From Gammaproteobacteria bacterium (lineage in GTDB: Bacteria; Pseudomonadota; Gammaproteobacteria; Eutrophobiales; Eutrophobiaceae), in the NCBI GenBank assembly GCA_963422205.2, contig CAXMWX010000003.1, positions 128,001 through 192,000 of the forward strand: DNA of 64,000 nt, written 5' to 3'. A program made the position numbers and the translations under genes. The notes beneath the pieces were generated by a model. That model was given only the letters and a program-made list of their open reading frames with translations, was not told where the DNA came from and ran no database searches. Of the stretch, positions 10,737-21,589 are shown in pieces. Each line of letters opens with the position of its first letter. Positions within the stretch are counted from its first letter, which is position 1.

Positions 10737-11697
10737 AGGTTGCCAATGCGGTTAAACATCTGTGTTTGTGTGCATCGCCCTGACCGAATTCGGTACTGCT
10801 GCCGGGCAGCCGAAGTTGATAGGCACTGCCCTGTTGCTCGGCCTGCAATACCCACAGACACAGTTGCGACAAGCGGCTTTCGGTATCATTCAGATGCCGG
10901 GTCAAGTCCCAGTGCAGCACCAGCCGATGGCCACCTTCGCCCTGGTGCAGCTTGATCAAGGGGCCCTGCTCTCGTGCCAGTGCGCGCCAGTGGATATGGC
11001 GCAGGGGATCGCCCTGATGGTAGTTCCGAAAACCGGTAAACTCATCCACGCCGGCCCTGCTGCCAGATAACGCATCGCTGTCAAACGCTGTCACACCGGG
11101 CAGTGTCGGATTGCCGGCCGGATGCGGATAGATCAGGCAAGGCTGCTCAAGGTAGAGGTATGACCAGGCCCGGAACAGACCCATGGGATAGACGCTGCAT
11201 AGGCGCAAGCGGCCTAAAGACAGATAGCCTCGTTCTCTGGCGGGCAGGCTGATCTCACACGTATGCAGGCCATCTGTGTGCAGGTTGATGTGGTATTGCA
11301 GATCATCTGTCGGTTGTTTTGCATCATCATTTTTTCCTTCAGGCCAGGGCTGTATGCGAATGCCTGTCCGTGCCTGCCAGCCGTGATTGTTGATGAGCAG
11401 TGGAAAACAGGCAAGCTGTCCGGCAAAGACCGGTGCTGGCCGGCCCGGCTCAACCACCAGGCCACGCATATTGCGATAGGTGTGCAACAGACACACCATG
11501 AAGATGCTGATCAGCAGAAAGACCCATAAATAGGCCATGCTGTTGTTGTAATTGACCGCACCGAGCAACATACCGAACAACATGCAGCAGAAGAACAGCC
11601 CATGCCGGGTAAGAAAGATATACAGCCGCTCCCTTCTGCCGCTCATCGCCGCCTGACTGCCAGGCAGGGCATATTCGAGGTAAATGCCGGTTTGCAT
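10720..11697 (-). CDS. DUF58 domain protein
   Basis: EFTGFRNYHQGDPLRHIHWR motif; lies between MoxR and TgpA. Confidence 0.9.
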   Translation of the reverse strand: MQTGIYLEYALPGSQAAMSGRRERLYIFLTRHGLFFCCMLFGMLLGAVNYNNSMAYLWVFLLISIFMVCLLHTYRNMRGLVVEPGRPAPVFAGQLACFPLLINNHGWQARTGIRIQPWPEGKNDDAKQPTDDLQYHINLHTDGLHTCEISLPARERGYLSLGRLRLCSVYPMGLFRAWSYLYLEQPCLIYPHPAGNPTLPGVTAFDSDALSGSRAGVDEFTGFRNYHQGDPLRHIHWRALAREQGPLIKLHQGEGGHRLVLHWDLTRHLNDTESRLSQLCLWVLQAEQQGSAYQLRLPGSSTEFGQGDAHKHRCLTALATYGLSE

Positions 11698-11718
11698 ACC
11701 AGATGAGCAAGAGCAGAT

Positions 11719-12690
11719 TTACGGGATAGGCACCTGGGTGACCAGGCGGGCGGCGGCGGAGTGATCCGGGCCGGCCTCAGCGCCGGAGATCTTCGGCAGA
11801 CGATGATCAATCACGCTGGCCAGCACCGCCTGGACATCCTCCGGGATCACCTGCATACGATTGTCTATCAGGGCCCAGGCACGGGCGGCATGCAACACGG
11901 CCAGCCCGGCCCGGGGCGATAAGCCATTGCCATACTCATTTGAGGTGCGGCTGTAGTCAAGCATGTTCTGCAAATAGTGCAGCAGGGGATCAGCAACGAT
12001 CACCTGTTCGGCCTGGTGCTGCAACTGCTGCACCTGTTCGGCAGTGATAACGGCATCGCAGGTAAGCAGCAGGGCGCGCCGATCCTCGCCCTTGAGCAGC
12101 TCCCGCTCGGCCTTGCGGTCAGGATGCCCCAGGCTGATACGCAACATGAAGCGATCCAGTTGTGACTCTGGCAGGGGGTAGGTCCCGACCTGCTCCAGCG
12201 GGTTCTGGGTGGCGATGACGAAGAAAGGGCAAGGCAGGGGACGTGACTTGCCTTCAATGGTGACCTGGTCTTCCTCCATCGCCTCCAGTAGGGCGCTTTG
12301 GGTGCGTGCCGTGGCGCGATTGATCTCATCGGCCAGGACAAGCTGGGAGAAGATCGGGCCGGCATGAAATTCAAACCTGCCGGTTTCCTTGATATACACC
12401 GAACTGCCCAGCACATCGCCAGGCAGCAGATCGCTGGTGAATTGAATCCGTTGAAAGCCGAGCCCCAGCGTCTTCGCCAGCGCATGTGCCAGAATCGTCT
12501 TGCCCACACCAGGCTTATCTTCGATCAAGAGATGCCCGCGGCCGATAAGGCAAGCCAGTGCCAGACGAATGGTGCGATCCTTGCCCAGGATGATCTGGTT
12601 GCTCTGTGCAAGCACATCGGCCAGCCATTGTTGCTGGCTGTCAGAGACCCTGTTGTGTTCTGCTGCCGCCGTCATCATTGTTGGTGTCAC
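11719..12690 (-). CDS. MoxR family AAA+ ATPase
   Basis: HLLIEDKPGVGKT, RIQFTSDLLP, LADEINRA, ATQNP and LPESQLDRF motifs. Confidence 0.95.
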   Translation of the reverse strand: MTPTMMTAAAEHNRVSDSQQQWLADVLAQSNQIILGKDRTIRLALACLIGRGHLLIEDKPGVGKTILAHALAKTLGLGFQRIQFTSDLLPGDVLGSSVYIKETGRFEFHAGPIFSQLVLADEINRATARTQSALLEAMEEDQVTIEGKSRPLPCPFFVIATQNPLEQVGTYPLPESQLDRFMLRISLGHPDRKAERELLKGEDRRALLLTCDAVITAEQVQQLQHQAEQVIVADPLLHYLQNMLDYSRTSNEYGNGLSPRAGLAVLHAARAWALIDNRMQVIPEDVQAVLASVIDHRLPKISGAEAGPDHSAAARLVTQVPIP

Positions 12691-12726
12691 TGAAGTGGTT
12701 AATCAGGCACGGTAAGGTAGCACGCC

Positions 12727-14055
12727 TTACTCGCCAGCAATCGTCATATTCTCAATCAGCACCGAGCCGGTTTGAATATTGCCTCGACGATCAACATCCT
12801 GACCGATGGCAACGATCTGCTTAAACATCTCGGCCAGGTTGCCAGCGACCGTGATCTCCTCAACGGGGTATTGTATCTCCGCCCCTTCAACCCAGAAGCC
12901 TGACGCACCGCGGGAATAATCACCGGTGACCTGATTGACGCCGAAGCCCATCATGTCGGTGATTAACAGGCCGGTATCCATCTGCTTGATGAGATCAGAC
13001 AGATTTTTATCGCCGTGTTGGACAACCAGATTATGCACCCCGCCCGCATTGCCGGTTGGCTGCATCCCCAGCTTGCGCGCCGAATACGCACTTAACACAT
13101 AGCTCTCCAGCACGCCGTTGCGAACAAAATGTTTATCACCGGTTGCCATGCCATCCTGATCAAAGGCGGCACTGCCGAGGGCAGCGGGCAGATGTGGCCG
13201 CTCGCAAATCTGCATATCACCAGGGAAGATCGGCTCGCCCAGCGTATCCAGCAAAAACGTCGCCTTGCGATACAGGGCGCTGCCGGATATGGCCGTGATC
13301 AATGCGGCAAACAGACTGCTGGCCACAGGCGCCTCGTAGATGACCGGCGCCTGCCGGGTAGTGAGTTTGCGCGCCCCCAGCCGTGCCAGGGTGCGCTCGG
13401 CAGCCTGCCTGCCGACAACGTCAATGTCGTCCAGGGCCTGACGGGTGCGCGCCCGGGTATACCAGCCATCGCGCTGCATCAGGCCGTGCTGCTCGGCAAT
13501 CAGGGTGCAGTCAATATGATGGCTCGACCAGTCCCAGCCGCCGGTAAACCCATGACTGTTGCCGTAGCAGTGGCTGCCGGCATAGGTGGACACCGTGGCG
13601 CCGTCAGAATTGGTAATACGCGCATCCTGCTCACGGGCAACGGTTTCACAGGCGATCGCTATCTCCCTGGCCTGCTCGGCTTCCAGCGCCCAGGGGTGAT
13701 ACAGATTCAGATCAGGCAATTCCGCCGCCAGATGCTCTGCCGCAATCAGGCCGGCACACGCATCTTCCCCCGCCTGGCTGGCAATCGTGCAGGCCGCCGT
13801 GACGGTGTCATCCAGGGCGCTGGCAGAGAAATCACTGCTGGAGGCCGAGCCTTTACGCTGGCCGATATACACACTGACGCCCAGCCCCTGATCGCGCTGG
13901 TGTTCAATCGTCTCCACCTGCCCCATGCGCGCCGTGACCGCCAGCCCACGGCCAATGGCGAGCGTGGCCTCGGCAGCGCTGGCGCCTTTTGCTTTTGCCA
14001 GGGCGAGGGCATTGTCAATAATATCTGCACAGGATGTATGGCTTAATGCGTCCAT
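12727..14055 (-). CDS. pmbA: Metalloprotease subunit PmbA (TldE)
   Basis: DLNLYHPW, TGNAGGVHN, GVNQVTGDYSRGASGFW and YPVEEITVAGNL motifs. Confidence 0.95.
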   Translation of the reverse strand: MDALSHTSCADIIDNALALAKAKGASAAEATLAIGRGLAVTARMGQVETIEHQRDQGLGVSVYIGQRKGSASSSDFSASALDDTVTAACTIASQAGEDACAGLIAAEHLAAELPDLNLYHPWALEAEQAREIAIACETVAREQDARITNSDGATVSTYAGSHCYGNSHGFTGGWDWSSHHIDCTLIAEQHGLMQRDGWYTRARTRQALDDIDVVGRQAAERTLARLGARKLTTRQAPVIYEAPVASSLFAALITAISGSALYRKATFLLDTLGEPIFPGDMQICERPHLPAALGSAAFDQDGMATGDKHFVRNGVLESYVLSAYSARKLGMQPTGNAGGVHNLVVQHGDKNLSDLIKQMDTGLLITDMMGFGVNQVTGDYSRGASGFWVEGAEIQYPVEEITVAGNLAEMFKQIVAIGQDVDRRGNIQTGSVLIENMTIAGE

Positions 14056-14106
14056 AGTGGCCTCTGATGTTATAATGATCGCGTATTCTATCATCCGAGC
14101 GCATTG

Positions 14107-16267
14107 ATGGACGTATCTGTTGTCTTAGACGGATTAAATGCCGCCCAGCGCCAGGCAGTGGCCGCTGCAACGGGCAACATCCTGGTGCTGGCGGGGGCCG
14201 GCAGTGGCAAGACCCGGGTGCTGACCCACCGCATCGCCTGGTATATCGAAACCGGCCAGGCCCAGCCTTATGGCATCGTCGCCGTCACCTTCACCAACAA
14301 GGCCGCCGCCGAGATGCGTACCCGCATAGAGCGGCTGTTGCAACGCCCGCCAGGCGGTATGTGGGTGGGGACGTTTCATGGCCTTGCCCATCGCCTGCTG
14401 CGCGCCCATTGGCAGGAGGCTGGCCTGCCGGAGAGCTTTCAGATCCTCGACAGTGAGGATCAATACCGCACCCTGCGCCGAGTTATGCGCTCGCTGAATC
14501 TGGATGAGGCACGCTACCCGCCCCGCCAGGCACAGTGGTTTGTCAATGCCCGTAAAGATGAGGGCCTAAGACCCCAGCACATAGACGGCCAGGGCGATCC
14601 TTTTTTGCAGCAGATGATCCAGATCTACCAGACCTATCAGCAGACCTGCGAGCGTGCCGGGCTGGTGGATTTTGCGGAATTATTGCTGCGCGTCCATGAG
14701 CTGTTGCGCGATAACCAGACGCTGCTGCGGCATTATCAACAGCGCTTTCGGCACGTACTGGTCGATGAATTCCAGGACACCAACGAATTGCAATACGCCT
14801 GGCTGCGCCTGCTGGTCGGTGAGACAGGCAATATTTTTGCCGTTGGCGATGATGATCAGTCTGTGTACAGCTTCCGGGGCGCGCGCATGGAAAACATGCA
14901 ATCCTTCCAGAGGGATTTTGCCGCTGCAAGCCTGTACAAACTGGAGCAGAACTACCGCTCTACCGCTAACATTCTTAACGCGGCCAATGCCTTGATCAGC
15001 CATAACCTGGCGCGCCTTGGCAAACAGTTATGGACGGGTGATGAGGCGGGGGCGAAGCTGGACGTGTATGCCGCCTATAACGAACATGATGAGGCCAGGT
15101 TTGTCGTTGATTGCATCAAGCTGGCAGCAGAGCAGGTGAATTATCGCGAATGTGCAATTTTATACCGCGTCAGCGCCTCATCCCGGGTGCTGGAAGAGAC
15201 ATTGCGCCAAGCCGCCGTGGCCTACCGCGTCTTTGGCGGCATGCGGTTCTATGAGCGTGCCGAGATCAAGGATGCCCTGGCCTACCTGCGCCTTGCACAC
15301 TACCGTAATGATGATGTCTCGTTTGAACGTATCATCAACACCCCGACGCGTGGCATCGGCCAGCGCACAATGGCAGAGATCCGGCAGCAGGCACGCCAGG
15401 TGAGCAGTTCACTCTGGCAGGCCAGCCTAGTGCTGGTAGAACAGCAGTCACTGTCCGCCAGGGCGCTGAATGCAGTGCAGCAGTTCCTTAATCTGATCGA
15501 GGCAATGGCCGTGGGTATTGAGGATAAACCGTTGCAAGAGGTGATGGATAACGTGATTAATCACAGCGGACTGATCCCGCACTTTCAAAAAGAGCGTGGC
15601 GAGAGAGGCGAGGCACGGATAGAAAACCTGGCGGAATTGGTGAATGCGGCGCGCGAGTTTACGGTGAATGCGGAGGTGCATGGTGACATGCCGCCCTTAC
15701 CGGCGTTCTTGGCCCATGCCGCCCTGGAGTCCGGGGAGACTCAGGCCGCCGCCCATACCGATGCGGTGAATCTGATGACTTTGCACACCGCCAAGGGGCT
15801 GGAGTTTGCCCAGGTGTATCTGGTGGGTATGGAAGAGGGCTTGTTCCCGCACCAGCGCAGCAGTGATGATCCGGTGAAGCTGGAAGAGGAGCGGCGGCTG
15901 TGCTATGTCGGCATCACCCGGGCGCAGAGAAAATTGACTTTCAGCTATGCCCTGCACCGGCGCCTGCATGGTACTGAATACCACCCGAAGCCATCGCGTT
16001 TTCTTAACGAGTTGCCGGCTGAATTGATCGCCGAAATACGCCCAACGCACACTGCGGATTTTTTACGCCCCTCCGGCAACGATGGGCAACGGCGATACCG
16101 CAGGCTTTAACCTCGGCCAGCGGGTCAGCCATGCCAGGTTCGGCGAGGGCACGGTATTAAATCTGGAGGGGCAGGGCAGCCAGGCACGCATTCAGGTGCA
16201 TTTTGAACAGGCCGGTGCCAAGTGGCTGGTGCTGGCTTACGCTAATCTGGAAGCGGTATTAGGCTAA
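14107..16267 (+). CDS. uvrD: DNA helicase II UvrD with an apparent +1 frameshift at the T6 run 16059-16064
   Basis: VLAGAGSGKT, LVDEFQDTN, LEQNYRS and HTAKGLEF motifs. The C-terminal GQRVSHARFGEG domain is in the next frame (ORF 16082-16267). Deleting one T gives a continuous protein of about 720 aa. Confidence 0.93.
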
Positions 16268-16288
16268 CACAACGTAAAGGAAGTCATC

Positions 16289-17380
16289 ATGTCTTGTACA
16301 AAAAGCATGTTGTTGCTGTTCATTCTCATGCTGGTTGCTGCGTGTGCGGATAAACCGGATACCACAGGCGATCAGCCCATCGCCGATACCGGCAAGGTGT
16401 ATAGCTGGAAACTGACGACTGCCTGGCCGGCCAACTTTCCGGTATTGCAGGAGGCGCCGGAAATCTTCGCTGAGAAAGTACGCATCATGAGCAATGGCCG
16501 CCTGGATATCCGGGTGTATGCGGCCGGCGAGCTGGTGCCGGCTTATGAGGTCTTTGATGCGGTCTCGTTAGGTGCGATCGAGATGGGGCATGGGGCCTCG
16601 TATTACTGGGCGGGCAAGGTGCCAGCCGCCCAGTTCTTCTCGACTGTGCCATTCGGCATGACCCATACCAGCGCGCAGGCGTGGATTAACTACGGCGGTG
16701 GTCTTGCTCTGTGGCGTGAGTTGTATGCCCCCTTCAAGCTGGTGCCGTTTCCCATGGGTACCACAGGGATTCAGATGGGCGGCTGGTTTAATAAACGAAT
16801 CGATTCTGTGGCGGACATACAGGGCTTGCGTATGCGTATGCCGGGCCTCGGCGGCAAGGTATTGAAACAGGCTGGCGGTAACCCGGTGTTGATCGCCGGT
16901 GGTGAGCTGTATACCGCCCTGGAACGTGGCACGATCGATGCCACCGAATGGGTAGGCCCCTTCCATGACCAGCGCCTGGGGCTGAATCGGGCGGCAGATT
17001 ATTATTATTATCCGGGCTGGCATGAACCGTCCACCACGCTGGAGCTGATCATCAATAAGGATAAATGGGACAGCCTGCCCGCCGATCTGCAAACGATCGT
17101 GGAGATGGCGGTGGCGGCGATCAGCTACTGGAGCATGATCGTCATGGAACACCATAACATGCAGGCGTTACAGGAATTACAGCAGAGAAAAAACGTGCAG
17201 ATCCTGCCCTATCCTGAGGATGTGCTGGTGAAGTTAAAACAAATGACCCGCCTGGCCCTGGAGGAAGAAGCAAATAAAGATACTGACTTCAAACGGGTCT
17301 ATGAGTCCTATGAGAACTTCAGGACGAACCATCAGCCGTGGCGGGATATCTCTGAACGAGCGATGATGAATACCGAATGA
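16289..17380 (+). CDS. TRAP transporter substrate-binding protein DctP (lipoprotein)
   Basis: Lipobox VAAC; SNGRLDI..YAAGELVP, QMGGWF, GLRMRMPG and YYYPGWHEP motifs. Confidence 0.9.
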   Translation: MSCTKSMLLLFILMLVAACADKPDTTGDQPIADTGKVYSWKLTTAWPANFPVLQEAPEIFAEKVRIMSNGRLDIRVYAAGELVPAYEVFDAVSLGAIEMGHGASYYWAGKVPAAQFFSTVPFGMTHTSAQAWINYGGGLALWRELYAPFKLVPFPMGTTGIQMGGWFNKRIDSVADIQGLRMRMPGLGGKVLKQAGGNPVLIAGGELYTALERGTIDATEWVGPFHDQRLGLNRAADYYYYPGWHEPSTTLELIINKDKWDSLPADLQTIVEMAVAAISYWSMIVMEHHNMQALQELQQRKNVQILPYPEDVLVKLKQMTRLALEEEANKDTDFKRVYESYENFRTNHQPWRDISERAMMNTE

Positions 17381-17434
17381 GCCTCGAATGATTCGGGAAT
17401 AATCCCTGGAATATTCCTGAGCTATGCCATGGGC

Positions 17435-17947
17435 TTACTGGCTGTTGGCTACCATATAATCAACGGCTGCCTTCACCTCATCATCGCTTAGGGCGGGATT
17501 ACCGCCTTTGGCTGGCATGGGTATGCCAGCAGCACCGGTGAAACCCACGATCGCACGTTCATAGAGCAGCGCCATACCCTGCTCAATGCGCGTTGCCCAG
17601 ACGGCGGCATCACCGATTTGCGGGATGTTTGGCAGGTTGGTGCTGTGGCAGGAAAAGCACAGGCCCTGGTAGACTTTCTCCCCAAGATCAACCGGCTCAC
17701 CGGCCATCACATCTGCCTTGGCCACCGCCACTTCAACGGCAGCGACAGCCCCGGCTTCGCCTTCTATCCGCACCTCTCCCACCGCCGCCGTATTGATAAA
17801 GGTGCGGTTTGCCTGGCTGGCAGAAATCGCCTCATCGTCGATACCGATGATCCTGGCGATGATCAAAAACAGGATGATCATGATGCCCAGCAAGGCGATG
17901 GTAATGGCGTAATTCTGAAAAAAAACCTTATCCTGTTCAGCATTCAT
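17435..17947 (-). CDS. Membrane-anchored cytochrome c5 family protein
   Basis: CFSCH heme-binding motif, MPAKGG, LSDDEVKAAVDYM and an N-terminal TM. Confidence 0.9.
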   Translation of the reverse strand: MNAEQDKVFFQNYAITIALLGIMIILFLIIARIIGIDDEAISASQANRTFINTAAVGEVRIEGEAGAVAAVEVAVAKADVMAGEPVDLGEKVYQGLCFSCHSTNLPNIPQIGDAAVWATRIEQGMALLYERAIVGFTGAAGIPMPAKGGNPALSDDEVKAAVDYMVANSQ

Positions 17948-18049
17948 TGGTATAACCCTCAAAAGTTAATCATTGTGGCTTCTGGCTGATGCCAGTATAA
18001 CCTGTGGCTGCCCGTCAGCAAACAGGCGGTTCACATCGCCCCGGCTCGT

Positions 18050-18265
18050 ACAACTTGCCACCGATGGGGTGACGGGCGAGGTAAAACAGGCCCTGGACAA
18101 TATCGGGACTGCATCACATACGCACAGCTATCCGATACCGGAGCGGGGCAAATGCCTTGTCATGCTTTCTGGATATGCAGGCTATCAAACCGGTTTTGCT
18201 TAGGCCCTGTTCGGCACACAATGCCCTGGGTGGAAGTTAAGTGTATCGCAGCGGTTGGTCAGTAA
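18050..18265 (+). pseudogene. RidA (YjgF/L-PSP) family remnant
   Basis: LATDGVTGEVKQALDNIG...KCLVML in one frame and the C-terminus VEVKCIAAVGQ* in another, interrupted by a stop and a frameshift. Confidence 0.55.
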
Positions 18266-18409
18266 GATACACAGAATAAGGCAGCACAAGCAGCGTATGC
18301 AGACGGCCCTGACAAGCGCTTAAAGGCACATGCTGTCTGCTCATCGCCGTTATCCTGTAGGCGATGTTAGTTGATAGGCAACCTGGCACATAGCCGCTAT
18401 AGTCTCACC

Positions 18410-19621
18410 ATGACAGCGAGTAACCCCCGGCAATTTCTGCTACTGCTTTGCGCCTCGGCCATGATCGTTGCTGTCAGTATGGGCATTCGGCAGGCGTTTG
18501 GGGTATTTCTACGGCCTGTTGTGCTTGATCTTGATATCATGCGGCAGGCGTTTGGCTTTGCGATCGCCTTGCAAAATCTGATCTGGGGCCTGGCACAGCC
18601 GCTTGCCGGTATGCTGGCAGATCGCTTCGGGGCATTTCGCATCGTGCTGATCAGCGGTTTTGTCTATTGTGCTGGCCTGCTATTAACCGCATTCAGCTCA
18701 TCAGCAGAGGCATTATACATGAGCGCCGGTATGCTGGTTGGCCTGGGCCTGGCGGGCAGCGGGTTCAGTGTCGTGTTGGGTGCGGTGGCCAGGTTAGTGC
18801 CAGAGCAAAAAAGAGGCCTGGCCCTGGGAGTCACCTCAGCCGGTGGTTCGATAGGCATGTTTGCATTTGTGCCGGCCAGCCAGTTGTTCATCGCCCACTA
18901 TGGCTGGTCTGTTGCAATGCTGGTGCTCGCCGGATGCAGCCTGATTATCCCGGCCTGTGCCCTGCTGTATAAAAACCTCCATGCCCCGTGGGCTGGGAGT
19001 ACAATGCCATCGGTTCATCTGGGCGAGATGCTTGGTCTCGCTCGATGTCACCGTGGCTACCTGCTGCTTAACTTGGGATTTCTGGTGTGTGGTTTCCACG
19101 TGGCTTTCATTGCCACTCACCTGCCTGCTTATATCGCCGATCACGCCTTGAGCCCAATGACAGGGACAGGGGCGATAGCCCTGGCCATGATCGGGTTCTT
19201 TAATATTATCGGCACCTTTGGGTTCGGCATCCTGGGTGATAAGTACCGCAAAAAATACCTGTTAAGCCAGTTGTACTTGGGCAGGGCGATCGTGATTGCC
19301 CTGTTTATGCTGATCCCTGTCAGTGATGTCAGCGTGATGGTTTTTGCGGCTGCCATAGGGTTATTGTGGTTGGGTACCGTGCCTTTAACCAGCAGCCTGA
19401 TCGCCCAGATCTTCGGCGCTCAACACATAGGCGCCTTGTTCGGGATTGTCTTTTTCAGTCATCAGGTCGGCAGCTTCCTCGGTGCCTGGCTGGGCGGGTA
19501 TTACTTCGATCTGACGGGCTCCTATGATCAGGTCTGGTCACTGTCAGTGATCCTGGGGGTCATCTCCGCCTTATTGCACTGGCCAATCGATGATCGGCAA
19601 GCCCTGCCCGCTGCGGCCTGA
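18410..19621 (+). CDS. MFS transporter
   Basis: About 12 TM segments; GMLADRFG motif A, FLVCGFHVAF and FSHQVGSFLG. Confidence 0.92.
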   Translation: MTASNPRQFLLLLCASAMIVAVSMGIRQAFGVFLRPVVLDLDIMRQAFGFAIALQNLIWGLAQPLAGMLADRFGAFRIVLISGFVYCAGLLLTAFSSSAEALYMSAGMLVGLGLAGSGFSVVLGAVARLVPEQKRGLALGVTSAGGSIGMFAFVPASQLFIAHYGWSVAMLVLAGCSLIIPACALLYKNLHAPWAGSTMPSVHLGEMLGLARCHRGYLLLNLGFLVCGFHVAFIATHLPAYIADHALSPMTGTGAIALAMIGFFNIIGTFGFGILGDKYRKKYLLSQLYLGRAIVIALFMLIPVSDVSVMVFAAAIGLLWLGTVPLTSSLIAQIFGAQHIGALFGIVFFSHQVGSFLGAWLGGYYFDLTGSYDQVWSLSVILGVISALLHWPIDDRQALPAAA

Positions 19622-19703
19622 TCTGTGTTTGTCGCACGGACACCAGAGGCTGCTGCCACGACCAGCCATCACGCACGCCTCAGACCCGGGCCCTGGCTTT
19701 CGG

Positions 19704-20324
19704 TCAGGGCTGCTCTCTTTCCCCGTCAATCAACGCATCAACAGTCGTTAGCATATCGTCCAAAGAGCCGCTCAAGGTGGCAGAAACCAGGTATTTGCCG
19801 TTGACCACCACGGCGGGCACGCCGGTGAGCTTGAATCGTTGCGCCTGGATGAAGGCTGACTTCATTTTGATTTCCGTCTCGTTGGAATCATAGTGCATCT
19901 CAAATGCCTCTGTATCGATGCCCAGCCCGCCAACGAAATCAATAATCTCGGCCTTGCTGTAGATACGCTTTCTGTCCTGGTGCAGTGCCTTGAACAGGGG
20001 CAGGTGGACTTGCTCCAGCACCCCCATTCTCTCGGCAGCAAAGAACGCCCTGGCATGAGCGATCCAGTTTTTATTCAACACCGCCGGCATCCGCCGAAAT
20101 ACCACATCCTCGGCCAGCGTCGGCTTCCAGGCGGCAAGCAGTGGTTCAAAGCTGTAGCAATGAGGACAGCCGTACCAGAAGATCTCCAGCACCTCGATCT
20201 TATCGCCTGTCCGGGTGGGCTGGGCGGGTTTAATGACTTTATAGCCTTGCTGACCGCTAACGGGCGAGGCGGTGAATAATGTGCTTATGAGCAGAGCGCC
20301 CAGCAGTTTTGTTGTTATCTGCAT
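19704..20324 (-). CDS. dsbA: Thiol:disulfide interchange protein DsbA
   Basis: Signal peptide, FWYGCPHCY and GVPAVVVNGKY. Confidence 0.93.
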   Translation of the reverse strand: MQITTKLLGALLISTLFTASPVSGQQGYKVIKPAQPTRTGDKIEVLEIFWYGCPHCYSFEPLLAAWKPTLAEDVVFRRMPAVLNKNWIAHARAFFAAERMGVLEQVHLPLFKALHQDRKRIYSKAEIIDFVGGLGIDTEAFEMHYDSNETEIKMKSAFIQAQRFKLTGVPAVVVNGKYLVSATLSGSLDDMLTTVDALIDGEREQP

Positions 20325-20360
20325 ATCATGATCCCTGTCAATGGAAAATACCGGGATGGG

Positions 20361-21521
20361 TTAAAGCTCGCCATAGGAGTGCAGGCCCGATAGAAACATG
20401 TTGACCCCCAAAAAGGCAAACAAGGTGATGAGAAAGCCAACGATAGACCAGCCGGCCATGGCGGGGCCGTGCCAGCCCTTGCTGATGTGCATGTGCAGCC
20501 AGGCGGCATAGTTCAACCAGACGATCAAGGCCCAGGTCTCTTTTGGATCCCACGACCAGTAACCGCCCCAGGCCTCGGCCGCCCAGAGCGAGCCTAAGAT
20601 CGTGGCGATGGTAAAGAACGCAAACCCCAGGGCAATCGCTTTGTACATGATATCTTCAATCACATCATTGGCGGGTAATTGCGCCAGTATGCTTCTGGCG
20701 GCCGGTTTACGCTGCTTTAACAGCCGGGTCAGGCCCAACATGGCGGCGATACTGAAACAGCCATAGCCGATAAAGTTTGCCGGTACATGGATCTTCATCC
20801 AGTAGCTTTTCAAGGCCGGTACCAGGGGTTGAATCTCATGTGCCTGGCGCTCGAAGGTATACCAGAGCAAAAAGCCAATCGCAGCGGTAATGACCAGCAT
20901 GACAAACCCGCCCAGGGTCCGGGTGGCATAACGCCGTTCATAGTGCAGGTAGATCAGCGCAGTGATCACGCAGAACAGGATAAAGACTTCATACAGATTG
21001 CTGACCGGGATATGCCCGACATCTGGATGAATCAGATAAGACTCATACCAGCGCACCAGCAGGCCGGTCAGCCCCATGGCCGTGGCCGCCCAGACCAGGG
21101 CGCTGGCAACAGTGGCGGTGAATGCCGAACGGCTGTACAGGGCCAGGAAATAGCTGCCGGTGGCCAGCAAAAACAGAAAACTCATCCACATGATGGCCGA
21201 CTGGCTCGCCAGCATATACTCAAGCAGAAAATGCCGGGCATTGGTCAACTCGCCAGCATAGAGATAAATGGCCGATAACGAGAACAGCACGGCAACGATC
21301 AACAGGCGCCTTAACGCCGTCCAGACCAGCCCGCCCCAGCCGATGGTCACACTGCTGCCTGCCAGGATGATCTGCTCATAGCCATTCATATAGCCATGAT
21401 AGTTAAAGCCGATAAACAAACCGCCGCCGGCCACCGTGAACAGCCACAAAAAATCAACCGCCGCCAGTTGTCGGTGATCGTCATACTGCATCAGCGGCTG
21501 TGAGAGCGATTCTGTGGTCAT
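20361..21521 (-). CDS. System II cytochrome c synthase, WWD subunit (CcsA/ResC)
   Basis: WAAEAWGGYWSWDPKETW (WWD domain), HIPVSNLYE and GLHSYG. Confidence 0.93.
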   Translation of the reverse strand: MTTESLSQPLMQYDDHRQLAAVDFLWLFTVAGGGLFIGFNYHGYMNGYEQIILAGSSVTIGWGGLVWTALRRLLIVAVLFSLSAIYLYAGELTNARHFLLEYMLASQSAIMWMSFLFLLATGSYFLALYSRSAFTATVASALVWAATAMGLTGLLVRWYESYLIHPDVGHIPVSNLYEVFILFCVITALIYLHYERRYATRTLGGFVMLVITAAIGFLLWYTFERQAHEIQPLVPALKSYWMKIHVPANFIGYGCFSIAAMLGLTRLLKQRKPAARSILAQLPANDVIEDIMYKAIALGFAFFTIATILGSLWAAEAWGGYWSWDPKETWALIVWLNYAAWLHMHISKGWHGPAMAGWSIVGFLITLFAFLGVNMFLSGLHSYGEL

Positions 21522-21589
21522 AGTCTGTGGATTTACCGGGTCAATGGAGGGCGTTGTGGGTTAGAGCATTGGCCGACTCTTTGGTTGCA

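Noticed and set aside
8697-12690. MoxR-DUF58-transglutaminase operon as a novel system
   Set aside because: This is a widespread, already described gene triad.
13129-14046. Long antisense ORFs (also 3276-4193, 58232-59107, 59666-60520, 62772-63776)
   Set aside because: They are shadows of well-supported genes on the opposite strand in GC-rich DNA and carry no recognisable motifs.
17963-18050. tRNA next to the cytochrome c5 gene
   Set aside because: No cloverleaf, T-loop GTTCGA motif or CCA end could be found.
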